Below are positions 1 through 13,081 of a stretch of DNA of 64,000 bases, in pieces. Each line of letters opens with the position of its first letter. The stretch's first letter is position 1. Below the pieces are notes generated by a model, which had not been told where the DNA came from, did not search any database, and saw only the letters and a program-made list of their open reading frames with translations. Origin of the DNA: Takakia lepidozioides (taxonomy: Eukaryota > Plantae > Bryophyta); assembly GCA_030704615.1 (NCBI GenBank), contig CM060732.1:14012001-14076000 (forward strand), given 5' to 3'. The position numbers and the translations under genes are program-made.

Positions 1-3000
1 ATACTCCTCAGACCCTGCCCTTGATCTCGTCCAATGGCCTCCTTTCTTGCTTGCCAGCAAGGTGAGAGGGCACTCTAAAGTGTATACATGTATCACCTTA
101 TGCACTATTTCTGTGTCTGTGTACTACTGCAGTGCTGGTTGAATGCGTGACTAGTTGTATAGACCTAGTATTGATGTGCTCGGTACAGCTGTTCCAGGAT
201 TTTGTTTTGCATATGCAGGCAAGTCTCTAGCTATGGAGTTAACATGGCCTGCTTGAACCATTCTTTGTTGTTGAATGAGCAGGTGCCGATTGCCATGCAA
301 ATGGCGAAGGAGGCAGCAGAGGATGGAAGAGTGGCAGATTTGTTTCGTAAAATAAGACATGATGACTATATGAAGTCTGCAGTAATTGAATGCTATGAAT
401 CTTTCAAGCGCATTCTACGGGTGCTTATTGTTGGTGAAGTTGAGAAAAGGTACACCATTAGGCTTACCAGAGCTACATATGTATCAGTCTGCTTTGGATG
501 CTATTGAAAAGCCAGGAGTAGGACACACTCCACGCACTCTCCCATGAGGCCTCGGGTCCCTGTGTACACATGTTCAAATCGTCCTGCTTTCTTCATGCAA
601 GCCCACTTCTTGAATGCAGGGAGTGCATAACTTGACTTGTCACTTGAACAAGCAGGGTTATTGAAGGGCTTCTGGAAGAGGTGGAAAAAAATATTGAAAA
701 AGGCACCCTCCTGGTCAACTTCAAAATGGATGCGCTTTCCATCTTAAGCGCCAAGTTTATTGAACTTCTGGAGCTCCTGGTACATGGACTTCCTGATGTC
801 CTGTCTGCACAGGGTGTTATTTTGGGTGACAGTCATCTCAGCAGTACAGGTTTGGATTTCCTATTAGTACGTGGTTCTTGTTTTGCATAGTGAGAGGCCT
901 GAAGAGTTGTCGTTCCCCTCTCTCTAATTTCTATGTGCAATGTTTACCTCATACTTTTGCAGGAAGAAAATCATGGAAATGATGAGGGAGTTGAGTCTGC
1001 ACGCGACCTTGCAGTGTTGAAACTCCAGGATATGTACGAGGTGGTCACACGTGATATGATGATCGAGTCTCAGAGGTACTTAAGTGATCCAGAGATTAAT
1101 CAGCATTGGTTGCTATTCTGCAAGCTGTTGCATCATGTTAATTGCCTTGGTTCCAAATGCCTGGAATGTGAAGAAGGCCCCTTATCAACCTTATTTTACT
1201 TTGCTATTATCAAGGTCAGAAACTATTTTTGTATTATTACTACTCCAAATTGTGTAAATATCCATGGTGAGTTTGTGAGCAGGGATGTATGGGAATCAAG
1301 CTATGGATCACTGGCACGTGGCCAAGGGAAAGACTCAGATTTCCATCAACTCTTCAAGTCTGCTAAGGGAGCAAAGCCTGCAGTGCTTTTTCCCCCACCT
1401 GCATCGGATGCATGGATTGAGCAGGTTTGTATCGTACTTTTGCTGGAAAACATTTTCTTATTTGCAGTCTGAATTGTAAGAATATCAGCACTAAAGCTTG
1501 AGCTTGAAACTCTAAGCGAATGCTAGTTCGGAGGACTTCAATATCATAAAACTGTCTGCTCGGTTGCAGATTAAAAGGCTCCACCTTTTGATGACAGAAA
1601 GGGAGGCGGCCATGGATGTCCCTCGTAATCTTGAGGCTCGTCGCCGCATTGCTTTTTTCACCAATTCTTTGTTCATGGATATGCCTCGTGCTCCTCGAGT
1701 ACGGAATATGTTGTCCTTCAGGTTCCCCCTCTCTGCCTGTTTCCACTTCCCTTCGACTTCCCATTTTTTCCTGATTTTGTTTCTTAAGTTCCTCAGAAAA
1801 TTTGAGCTGCAGGGAAGTTGTTCTGAAGTGGTAGTGGGTTTGTAGTAATTCCTCAGCCACTTTCCCTTTGCATCTTCGTTTTGATTGTGCAGTGTCCTGA
1901 CTCCCTATTACATGGAGGATGTTGTTTACTCAAAGGACAATCTGAATAAAGAGAATGAAGATGGCGTTTCAGTCTTGTTTTACCTCCAGAAAATCTATCC
2001 AGGTTGGTGAACACCAGTGTTGTTTCTAAAATGCGTTGTCACCTAGTAAAGATAGCATTGCTTTGCTAGTTGTGCTCCATCATGGTTCGCCTGTCAGCAA
2101 TAAACTATTGATTAGAACCTGTGGAAGTGAGGGTGATGTTTGGAGGTCTCTCGGAGAGGAGGGGAACTTGAGATAGGTATGTGCATGCTTCCATATTTTC
2201 TTTTCAGAGCACTGGGTATGTATAGGAAATTACCTGGTTAAGCCCACCTCCGACCCGGCAGTATCATAGCTTTCTAGGAGAAGTGGCTCTTTTCTAACAT
2301 GGCTCTCTCTCTATACCTGGTTGACTCTACAGTCCTTATGTGTGTACTGCTCTGTGATAGATGAATGGGACAATTTCCTAGAGCGCATTGGTTGCACTGG
2401 CCCAGATGCCGAGGCTGAGGTTTTTGGAAATGAGGACCTTGAAAATGAGCTTCGGCAGTGGGCTTCTTATCGTGGCCAAACCCTCTCTCGAACAGGTCTC
2501 ATGGTTCACACACGTTCTGTGATTTTGTTTTCAACGTTTCTTGTGTTTTGATGAGAATGTGCAAGATATCAACTCCAACGCCAATTTCTTGAAGTTCACT
2601 ATGGCAGACATGTACCTTGTTATTACAGTGCAGGCTGCTGAGGTTCTTTTTACTGTCTTTTATTCCGCATGTAATGTATTGTTGTCATGGTCAGTCAGAG
2701 ACTATCATGTTTTACTCATGTTCGTTTTGAATTTATCTGTTTTGTGAGGAAACTTGAGTCTAGGAATGATGGGACTTGACATAATAGGTAAATCCTTCTG
2801 ACTCCGTCCTATGTGGCGATCTTTTATTTGTTGCAGTGAGAGGTATGATGTATTACAGAAGAGCTTTGGAGCTGCAGGCTTTTTTGGACATGGCTACTGA
2901 GGATGGTATGACACTCATCACCCCTATTTGTGATATCTGGACTCTGAGGATTGACCTACACTCTTGCTCAATCTTTGTAACACATGTTTTGTCGATTGGT

Positions 3001-6000
3001 TGAAGTCGGGTATGTCATGTTCACAATCGGCTTAAATGGTGGGGCAGGCTTCTGTTATCTGTTTACCTGCTCTACTGAAAGGGCCAAAACAATTGTGGTA
3101 ATGTTTTATCACATGAATCGAAATGGATAGTGCTGCCTATGTTCTGAATGGATCCAGAGTTAGCACTTTCTGGTTGTTAGGTCATTGCTTGACTTATCCA
3201 GTGAGCTTTCAGGAGACCTGACGTCTACTTTAAATTCTTTCATCTTTTATCAGCATTTGAATAGCTTTGTTTCGATCACTAGGGTAGCGTGTATATAAGA
3301 CAGGACGTGTTTTATGCCCCTTGCATTTGGAGAAGTCGATAGTTCTTTACTTGCTAATTGGATTGCCACTTTGTAAGTGTAATGAAAAGTCTAAGATTGG
3401 CCTTTTGTTCTCAATAGAATAGCTATATCTTAATAGATCCACCTTCCATTATATGATAAAATGTATATGATGTGCAGAGCTTGTAGAGGGTTACAAAGCG
3501 ATCACGAATACTCCTGTTGAGCAGAAGAAGAGCCAGCGCTCAACATGGTCACAGCTAAAAGCTATTACAGACATGAAGTTCACCTATGTAGCGGCTTGTC
3601 AAAGCTATGGCGATCAGAAACGCCAGAGTCACCACAACGCTACGGAGATTCTCAAACTCATGCTTAAGTTCGTCCAAATCCCTCTTCGCTGTACCTGAGA
3701 GATAAATGGATGTCTTGTTTTAATAAAAGTAATACACCCCAGGCTGTCATACATGCCTGGACTTTAACAGTTGAGAAAGCTGTTTACCTCGTGAAATAAT
3801 CATCCGTGGGTGTAAGCAGGCATCCCTCACTTCGTGTGGCGTACATTGACGAGGTGGAAGAGAGGCATAAGGACAAAGTTGAGAAGGTGTATTACTCTGT
3901 CCTGGTTAAGGCTGTGAATGGACTTGACCAAGAAATTTACCGGATCAAGTTGCCTGGTCCTGTGAGGCTGGGAGAAGGCAAGCCTGAAAACCAGAATCAT
4001 GCCCTCATCTTTACAAGGGGGGAAGCCCTGCAAGCTATTGACATGAACCAGGTGGCTTATGTTGCCTTTGGCTTCTTTACCTTTCTTCTAGGGATTTCTC
4101 TCTGGATAGGCCCTACGGTCGGTTCTCCAATGGATGTTGTCGATTTCTTCCTTTTCTTCTTGTTTTTCACATGATATGGAGTATCACATTTACCTTTTAG
4201 TAGTTGTTTTCTAGGAGTGGTTTTCTGAGTTTTTCTCCTCCCCTTTTATATAGTGTTAGTTATTTACGTCTTATATTTGTTTGTAAAGTACGTGGTTGTT
4301 GAAAATTATTTGTGGCTCTATGGACGGAGAAGCCGCTCCTATGCTAGTGTTAGCCAGCTGCTAAAATCTGTTGGAAGGCAATCCCCCTGAATACTGCCCT
4401 GCCTCCAGCAGGACAATTACTTAGAGGAGGCTTTCAAGATGCGGAACTTGTTGGAGGAGTTTCATGAGCCACATGGAGTTCGTCCACCTACTATACTTGG
4501 TGTGCGGGAACATATTTTCACTGGCAGGTAAAGCTTCACCATCGCGTCAATATTTTTGATGGTGCTGAATGTCATATGGCAAAAATGAAAACTGCAGTTA
4601 TGAACAGGAATATTGGAGATCTATAGCTGATTGTACAAAATTAACCAGAAGATTTGAGTCTAAGATGCGCTGCAAACCATGGACAACATCGTGAAGCATC
4701 TACCACAGACCCCAGTGTATCTGTAGGACATTTCTGATTTGCTTGGAACGTTGGACTTGGGGCTGCAGTGTGTCATCCCTGGCTTGGTTCATGTCCAATC
4801 AGGAGACAAGCTTTGTCACAATTGGGCAGCGCGTGCTTGCAAGCCCATTAAAGTATGCAATTCTTCAGTTTGGAACCTTCGAAGGACACATAGGGCAGAT
4901 GTTCTCTGCGAACTAGTTGCTGGGGTCTCTGACAGCCTAATACGGCTTTGTATGTCTGAGCATATGGCACTTGACGATTAATAGTGATACTGTAGAAATC
5001 TAGTCCTGGTTTATGTATGAGGTATTTTGACATGCTAGTTTGGCCGGTATGCATTCGTCAATTGGCCTATAATTAAACTTCTTTTTGGAAGAGATGGAAT
5101 GCCTTATCCAAACAGATCAACCTGTGAAATTAAAGGTGTGGGCCTGTACAGGGTACGGTTCCATTATGGTCATCCAGATGTGTTTGATAGACTGTTTCAT
5201 ATCACCAGAGGTGGTATGAGCAAAGCCTCATTAGTCATCAATCTGAGTGAAGACATTTTTGCAGGTAAGCCTGCATCTCTTCTGTCGCCTCTTTCACCTC
5301 TTTCTACCTTGGGCCTCATCTGCTGTGGTGTTTGTAAAGTCTTTCTTTCGTGTATCGTTTTTCTTCTATTGCAGAATCTCTTTGTGTTTCTTTTGGACGT
5401 TAGGAATCGAAAGTGAAGAACATTTCTTCTTTCACTCGCCAAAGATACTATGAGATCCATGGGAGATTCAATTTTCTAATCCAGGATACCCAATAGCTCA
5501 CGGAGGTCTTCCATTACGAGGATCCGAATTGTTCGGCATCTTACCTGCATGAGGCATTGACTCTTAGACAATCCCTTCTGCAATAGCTGCTTTTGGGCTG
5601 CTTGTGGCCCTCTTCCATAAGCTCTTTGAGCTTTCTGCTGAACGATCTTGCTTTGCCAGACTATTGTCTATTCCGAGATAATCGTCCCTCAAAGGTCTTC
5701 CATGACAAGGATCAGAAGTGCTTGGCAGCATATCTACAAGAGACGTTGACTGTTAGACAATCCATTCGTCAGTAGTTGTTTTCGGATTTCTTGTGAGGGT
5801 CCCACACTCTAGTTTCACACTGGATTGAGAGATTGGAGTGACACGTCCTATTTCTTTTTTAATTCTTCCTGCTTTGTTCTATTATCACTTTAGAGATCTC
5901 CCATATTACCTGCATGAGCCAATTGGTCTTTGGCATCAGTTGTTGTTTTCTGCAGGGTTCTTGTCCTATAAGCTCTTTGAGCAGCTTGCGGATGTTAAAA

Positions 6001-9000
6001 AGTACAATTTCATTTAATTTCATTTTGTTGTCCTTTTTGTTTCTCGATGTTGTTCTTCTTCGTCATCTGTTCCTCGTACTTATTGCTTCTTGTGTTTCAT
6101 CCGGTCGGTCTTTTAATGTTGGCGATGTTTTTTCCATAGACTGACACAGATTGAGCTTATGGGAGAGGAGTAGTCTACAAATTATAAGGACTTGTGGTCA
6201 ATAAACAACATCACTTACTGTGGAGTATGTCCAGGTTTCAATTCAATACTACGGCGAGGCAATGTGACGCATCACGAGTACATTCAAGTAGGAAAGGGAC
6301 GAGATGTGGGGCTAAACCAAATCTCTCTCTTTGAGGCCAAAATTGCTAATGGCAATGGCGAGCAGGCACTCAGCAGGGATATTTATCGGCTCGGCCACCG
6401 ATTTGACTTCTTCCGCATGTTGTCATGCTATTTCACAACTGTTGGATATTACTTTAACACCCTGGTGAACCCACATTCCTAAATATACGTTCAGGACCGG
6501 CAATTTGCGCCTCATAAGTGCTGAATGTGTTGTAAGGTGGATTTGTAGCAAGGCTGTTAACTTGCTCTGTTTTGGTAGAATGGAGGAAGTTTACAAATTA
6601 TCTACCCTTGAACTTACGGCTGCAGCTTTGTCTAGATCTTTCAGTGTATACGGTTTACTCTGAAATTAGATCCTAATAGTTTTATCCTTTTTTCCACCCC
6701 CCACCACTCATTTATATGGTATGGGTTTGTGTTGCAGATTGTGGTCCTCACTGTCTATGTGTTTCTGTATGGTCGGATCTACCTTGCACTTAGTGGAGTG
6801 GACAAGTCATTGCGCCATACAGCAGACAACACCGCATTAACCGCGGCACTGGCTTCCCAGTCCCTGGTACAGCTAGGGCTTTTAATGGCTCTACCTATGG
6901 TTATGGAGATTGGACTGGAAAGAGGGTTTCGGACTGCCCTCAGTGACTTTATTGTCATGCAGCTCCAGCTTGCATCAGTTTTCTTTACTTTCTCTCTAGG
7001 AACCAGGACTCACTACTTTGGCCGGACAGTGCTACATGGTGGTGCCAGGTACCGGGCCACTGGCCGAGGGTTTGTTGTGCGGCATGAGCGCTTTGCTGAG
7101 AATTACAGGCTCTACTCTCGGTCGCATTTTACAAAAGCCATTGAATTGCTGATTTTGCTCGTGGTATACACTATCTATGGTTCATCAGCCAAGGGTGCTG
7201 TTACGTACATCTTGATCAGTTTTTCAATGTGGTTTTTGGTGGCATCATGGCTGTTTGCTCCATTCTTGTTCAACCCTTCAGGCTTTGAATGGCAGAAGAT
7301 AGTGGAGGACTGGGATGACTGGAACAAGTGGATTAACAACAGGTATACATTATATTAATGTTGCTAATTAGCACAAAAGTAGTCAAATTTAGGTGTTGGA
7401 GTTTTGCATGACTGTACAACCTGTCATCATTTTCTGGCTTCTTTGCTCCATGTCAGATGAAGTGTGATTAGCTTGTCAGATCTGGTATTTGTCTTTTTGT
7501 TGCTTCGTGCCGCCTTTGAGTGAAGTGGAGTTTAATAAGTTTCTGGTCTTCATGCGGCAGGGGCGGCATTGGCGTGGAAGGAAATAAGAGTTGGGAATCA
7601 TGGTGGGACGAGGAGCAAGAGCATCTCAGGAGTAGTGGAGTTCGTGGATGTGTATTGGAGATTTTGCTCTCCTTCCGGTTCTTTCTTTACCAATACGGGA
7701 TCATCTACCACCTAAACATCGTGAAAAGATCAACAGGAAGTCAAAGCATCACGGTATGTCAGCCTCAAGAATATTAATCTTGCTGGGGTAACGAGCTAAT
7801 GTTCGGTACTCTTAGTGAGGTGCAATTAAGGTGCTGCAGGTTGGTTATGCACTGGTTCTACATAACATACTTGTGGTTACTAATGAGATGTGATTGGTAT
7901 GTCAGCCTCAAGAATATTAATCTTGCTTGGGTAACGAGCTAATCTTCGGTACTCTTAGTGAGGCGCAATTAAGGTGCTGCAGGTTGGGTAAAACTATCCC
8001 AAAAGGGAGAAGCAAAATCTCATAGAGCTAGATATAATGATAAATAGAAGTCAAACTGTTATGCACTGGTTCTACATAACATACTTGTGGTTACTAATGA
8101 GATGTGATTGGTGCCAGATATATGGACTCTCATGGCTGGTTATTGTTGCTGTTCTCACTGTACTGAAGGTGGGTCCTCTTTCATTTTGAATCTAAGTTTA
8201 AATTGTGAGGTGCTGTCTTGGTTTTGAAAGCACGGATTGAATGAATGCATTAATGTCTTTGAGATGCAACATCTCAAAAACCAATTTGAGGCTTGTCAAA
8301 TGATGGTTATTTAGTTTGTGGCTATGACTGGTGTGCTTGCAGATAGTATCTATGGGAAGGAGGAGGTTCAGTGCAGATTTCCAACTCATGTTTAGACTGC
8401 TGAAGGCAATGCTTTTTATCGGCTTCATTGCTGTTATTGCTGTTCTATTTGTGCGTCATTTCACTGTTGGCGACTTGTTTGCTAGCATTCTGGCCTTCAT
8501 ACCCACGGGATGGGCACTGTTGCTGGTAAGGTTCTCTTTTTCTGTTGACATTTTCCTCTAGACCTTGATTGGTAAGAACCATCATATGTTCAGTGTTTAG
8601 CCTGTCAATAATAAGATGCTGTCCCATGCAGAAATAGGTTTTACTGACTAGTACTAAGCATTCTGTAGATAGGGATATGCTGGCATCTCCGTTAGGAGTG
8701 TCTTTTGGTTTGCCACTAGTTTTGCATAGAACTTTGAGCTAAGAGAGAATGTGAGTGAACAAGAGAGGTGTACATCGTCAAAGCAGATACCAAAGAAGGA
8801 AATTGTTATGCTGGGGTCCTACAGGAAAAGGAATGTCGAATTCGGCATAAACTGAACTACAGAGGTGGGTTATTCGTATTGACTGCAGATTGCTCAAGCA
8901 TGCAAACCAGTAGTAGTGCACGTTGGATTTTGGGATTCAGTGAGAGCGTTGGCTCGAGCCTACGAATTCATGATGGGACTTGTTCTGTTCACACCCGTGG

Positions 9001-9116
9001 CTATTCTTGCTTGGTTTCCCTTTGTGTCAGACTTCCAGACACGGCTCCTCTTCAATCAGGCCTTCAGCAGGGGGTTGCAAATTTCACGCATTCTTGCTGG
9101 AAGAAAAAAATTGTAG
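1..9116 (+). CDS. CalS: Callose synthase (1,3-beta-glucan synthase, GT48), 3' portion; 5' end lies outside the window
   Basis: Hand-spliced GT-AG exons: <1-61, 283-449, 656-779, 963-1075, 1283-1424, 1570-1721, 1893-2002, 2361-2495, 2837-2905, 3478-3667, 3820-4051, 4412-4527, 4769-4852, 5152-5264, 6235-6464, 6738-7342, 7561-7753, 8118-8168, 8343-8525, 8889-9116 (TAG). Hallmark motifs QWPPFLLASK, NLEARRRIAFFTNSLFMDMP, WASYRGQTLSRT, GEGKPENQNHA, RFHYGHPDVFDR, HHEYIQVGKGRDVGLNQI, FQTRLLFNQAFSRGLQISRILAG. Confidence 0.97.
5371..5775 (+). mobile_element. Two degenerate LINE 3'-end fragments within a callose synthase intron
   Basis: Translates with indels to C..C..LGIESEEHFFFH.PRYYEIHGRF...YEDPNCSASYLHEALTLRQSLL (5371-5580) and YCLFRD...DQKCLAAYLQETLTVRQ (5660-5775). 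These resemble the C-terminal Zn-finger tail of non-LTR ORF2. Confidence 0.5.
7754..8110 (+). repeat. Tandem duplication of nearly a whole intron
   Basis: Copy 1 is 7754-7896 and copy 2 is 7897-8110. Both start GTATGTCAGCCTCAAGAATATTAATC and end GAGATGTGATTG; copy 2 has about 70 extra bp. Confidence 0.9.
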
Positions 9117-9804
9117 GCATAACATACCATCTTGTTACGGTACTCTTCTTCATATGTCATACTGTTCCTTTCATTGACTGCGGAGGTAGCTGGCATGGTA
9201 CATTTTAGAGCCAAAATTAACCTAGGGACATTCTCGGATGTTAGTTGGACTGTAGTATGTGGGCATTTTTCAGCCCATCTTGCAATCCAGAGTTGCAATG
9301 CAAAACCGCAACAGATACATTGGGTGGGCTTGAGCCTAAGATGTGCTTAATTCCAACTGTTGTGGCAAATTGTATGTCTTCAGATGATTGTTTTTGTCGG
9401 AAGGTTGCTTTGCCAGTTGATCCTTTGCACGTCAGTACATCTTAAAAGCTGCAGTACACTAATTCACTTGTGATATATGCATCTTCATATTCGGTGCCTG
9501 TCACATTCCAGATGTGACATGGCCATGAACATGAACATGAGGAGTGTCTGCAGTATTGGATGGACTTCTTCAATGTTCTGCTACTTTCTCACTCCTTCAT
9601 GTCCTGACTTTACCAAACATCCCACATGTGTGAACAACCAATCCATCACGCAAAGAGCCTCTCATTTTTCTGCTTGTGTTGGTTTCATAGTCACTTCACA
9701 ATCTTCAAAAAATCATTCCATGGGCATACAATGTGAGAATGAAACTTAGAGAAGTGCATCGCAAAGCTAATTTCCAGCAGAAACTCAGTGTCTCATAAAG
9801 ATAA

Positions 9805-12215
9805 CTAGGGTAGCCTGTGCTGTTGGAGGATAGCTTGTGCCATTGGCCCAAGTGTCCATTGTCATCTAAGCCCAAGTGCAAGATCTCCTATGTATCCCAG
9901 TGCGTCTCCTATGTGGAGGCCTGAATGCGACCTCTAGGGTAGCCTATGCCGTTGGCCCATGTGTGAAGAATTGAAATCTAAGACCAAGTGCAATTTACTA
10001 TGTATCCCAATGCGTCTTCTACGTCGAGGCCCATCTAAGCACAGATGCAATCTTCTATGTATCCAAGTGAATCTCCCATGTAAAGGCCCAAGTGGCCAGT
10101 GTCATCTAAGCCCAAGTGCAATCTCCTATGTATCCAAGGGCATCTCTCATGTCGAGGCCCATCTAAGCCCAGTGCAATCTCCTATGTATCCGAGTACATC
10201 TCCCATGTCATGACCCAATTTATTTTTTTCCATGAATTTATTGAGTAGTAATATATCCAATCATTATTTGATACTAGGGTAGCCTGTGCCCTTGACCCAT
10301 GTGTCGAGTGTCATCTAAGTGCAATCCCCTATGTATCCAAGTGCGTCTCCTACGTCGAGGCCCATCTATGCCCAAGTGCAATCTCCTACGTATCCAAGTG
10401 CATTTCCCATGTAGAAGCCCAAGTGCAATCTCCTATGTTTCCAAAGGCATCCCCCATGTGCGTCTCGTATGTCATTGTTGCCAATCATTGTTATGATCAA
10501 TTTATTTCTTTTTATGAATTTCTTGTGCAATCCCTTATGTATCCAGCGACCCTGCAGTTTGGGAGATCTAGGGTAGCCTATGCCATTGGCCCATGTGTGA
10601 AGAATTGAAATCCAAGCCCAAGTGCAATCTCCTATGTATCCAAGTGTTTCTCCCATATAGAGGCCCAAGTGTGACCTCCAGTGTCCAATGTCATCTAAAT
10701 CCAAATGCAATCCCCCGTGCAGAGACCATGCAATTTGGGAAATCTCCACGTCATTGTTCCAACAAAACCCACTTTGCTATTTTCGCAATCTCCCCTGTCG
10801 AGGCTTCATATATTGATATATCCACTTTGCTAAGTGGTCTTAGCCTACGACCAGATTTGAACCGGAGACCTTTCCTTGATATCTCTCCTGTCGAGGCTCC
10901 AATCATTGTCCCAGCAAAGCCCACTTTGCTATTTTTTGTGAATTTCCAGCGACCAAAGTACTTGAAATTCCACATCTCCCACACCGCGCCCGGTCCAAAA
11001 ATTCTGAGACCAAGCCCGTGCACCCCTCCTCATTGAGGACTTTCTAATGGTACCAAGCACCAAGGCTGGGCCCTCCCAGTTTGGGACATCTCAACGTGAC
11101 AAAACAAAACAAAACAAACAAACAAATTGTAGCCCAGGTGTGCCATTGGCCCAAGTGTCCAATGTCATCTAAGTCCAAGTGCATCAATATATGAAGCAAG
11201 CCATATCTAATCATTTTTTTTCCACAAAGCCTACGACCAGATTTGAACCGGAGACCTTTCCCTTGATATCTCTCCTGTCGAGGCTCCAACCATTGTCCCA
11301 GGAACGCCCACTTTGCTATTTTTCGTGAATTTCCAGCGACCAAAAGTACTTGAAATTCCACATCTCCCACACCGCAAGTCCAAAAATTATGAGACCAAGC
11401 CCGCGCACCCCTCCTCGTCGAGGGCTTTCCAATAGTACCAAGCATCAGGGTTGGGGCCTCGCGTAACAAAACAAATTGGCTTCATTCATACTAGGGTAGC
11501 ATGTGCCGTTGGCCCAAGTGTCTAGTTCATCTAAGCCCAAGTGCAATCCCTTATGTATCCAAGTGTATCCCCTATGTCGATGCCCATGTGTGAAGAATTG
11601 AAATCGATATACTAAAATGAAGTTGGATGTTTGTTTAGTTACAAAGAAATGTGTGGTACATGAATGAACAACAAAATGAGCAACAATGTAATGTGATTCA
11701 GAGATTGGAATTTGGTGAAACAAAACAAAACAAAACAAACAAACAAATAGGCTTGCTTCATATATTGATTGAGTAGTAATATACCCAATCATTGTTGGAG
11801 GAAAGCCCATTTTGCTATTTTTCGCGAATTTCCAACGATCAACATGGAATTTGATCAATGTGAAGCAAGGTAGTCTATTTTTTTCCATGAATTTAGTGAG
11901 TAGTAGTAATATATCCAATCATTGTTCAAGGAAAGCCCACTTTGCTGTTTTTCGCGAATTTTCAGCGACCAAAAGTACTTGAAATTCGATCAATATGAAG
12001 CAAGACAGTTTGTTTGTTTGTTTTGTTTTGTTTTGGTTCCCCTGAATTTATTGAGTAGTAAGGCAAACCAATCTATTGTTTTCCATGAATTTAGTGAGTA
12101 GTAGTAATATATCCAATCATTGTTCGAGGAAAGCCCACTTTGCTGTTTTTCGCGAATTTCCAGCGACCAAAAGTACTTGAAATTCGATCAATATGAAGCA
12201 AGGTAGTTTGTTTGT
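9805..12215 (-). mobile_element. Non-autonomous Helitron-like repeat array with multiple 3' termini
   Basis: Repeated unit CTAGGGTAGCCTGTGCCGTTGGCCCAAGTGTCCAATGTCATCTAAGCCCAAGTGCAATCTCCTATGTATCC. On the minus strand it reads as an imperfect hairpin CTTGGGCC-AAC-GGCACAGG followed by CTACC-CTAG|T, the Helitron 3'-end signature. A|CTAG junctions occur at 9805, 10274 and 11491, with internal duplications at 11765-12215. The same family recurs at 36510-36843 and 38161-39120. Confidence 0.6.
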
Positions 12216-12422
12216 TGGCTCCTCCCTAAAGAGGAGACTACCCATCAGTGTCAAAAAAATGTCAACTCCCTGTTACACCTTCGCCAGATAACACCTTCCC
12301 CAACTCCAATTACACCTTCTCCAGATAACACCTTCCTCAAATGAACACCTAATACATACTTGAAAGTTATTTTTACGTATCTAAATATATACATATTTTA
12401 GGGTTGTATTTCAAGATATGAG

Positions 12423-12485
12423 TATACTATAGTGGTAAGGGTTATGTTCGTAAGGCGCAGGCATGCGGGTTCAAATCCAGGTTCG
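12423..12485 (+). other. tRNA-derived Pol III A-box/B-box sequence (SINE-like or tRNA pseudogene)
   Basis: TATAGTGGTAAG (A-box-like) lies about 35 nt upstream of GGTTCAAATCC (B-box, 12468-12478). No complete cloverleaf could be drawn. Confidence 0.45.
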
Positions 12486-13081
12486 TGCTTTTGTTTTATC
12501 CGCTGTTGGTCGACCCTATGTACATGGCACGCATGCAACTGCCATCTCTCTCTCCCCTCGCCTTTTCCTCTCCAATGCCGCCGCAGCTCCACACGCATGA
12601 AAACTCACTGTGAGTGTCTCTGTCTCTTCTCTTTTCTTCCTTGTTGATGTAAGTTGTTTCTTTTTTGTTTTGCATCGCCCTAATCCCCCTTCTATTTTGT
12701 TGTGGCAGCTTATGCCAGCGTCTGAGAATATAAAGACTATAGATGGTGGGAGGCTATGATTGAAAGTTGGTATTTCCAGAAGATCAAACATTGGATTGTC
12801 ATGTGATTTCTCCTAAATATATCCCCAGTTTTATGCAGAACAGGAGGGGATAACACATTCAACCAGGAACCGGGTTCTACCAGTCCTAAACCTATGTGTC
12901 AGTGGTTGGTAGACATGGCTAGCGGCCGATGGACAACGAAGAGTTTTACTCTGGTAGCCACAAGTATTCTTTAGATCATGGAACTTTAGGTTTGTATGTC
13001 CATTTACCATGGTTGAGTTGACTTCTTGTTTGATTTGCTCATACTTCAAAGTTTTGAACTTGTAGGGTTTCATGTGTCCAG

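Noticed and set aside
9959-11918. Cys/Pro-rich ORFs (e.g. KCNLLCIQV repeats), also at 36307-36809 and 38246-39432
   Set aside because: Translations of the non-coding tandem repeat family; open in several frames with no domain signature.
12423-12495. Functional tRNA gene
   Set aside because: A and B boxes are present but the acceptor and anticodon stems do not pair convincingly.
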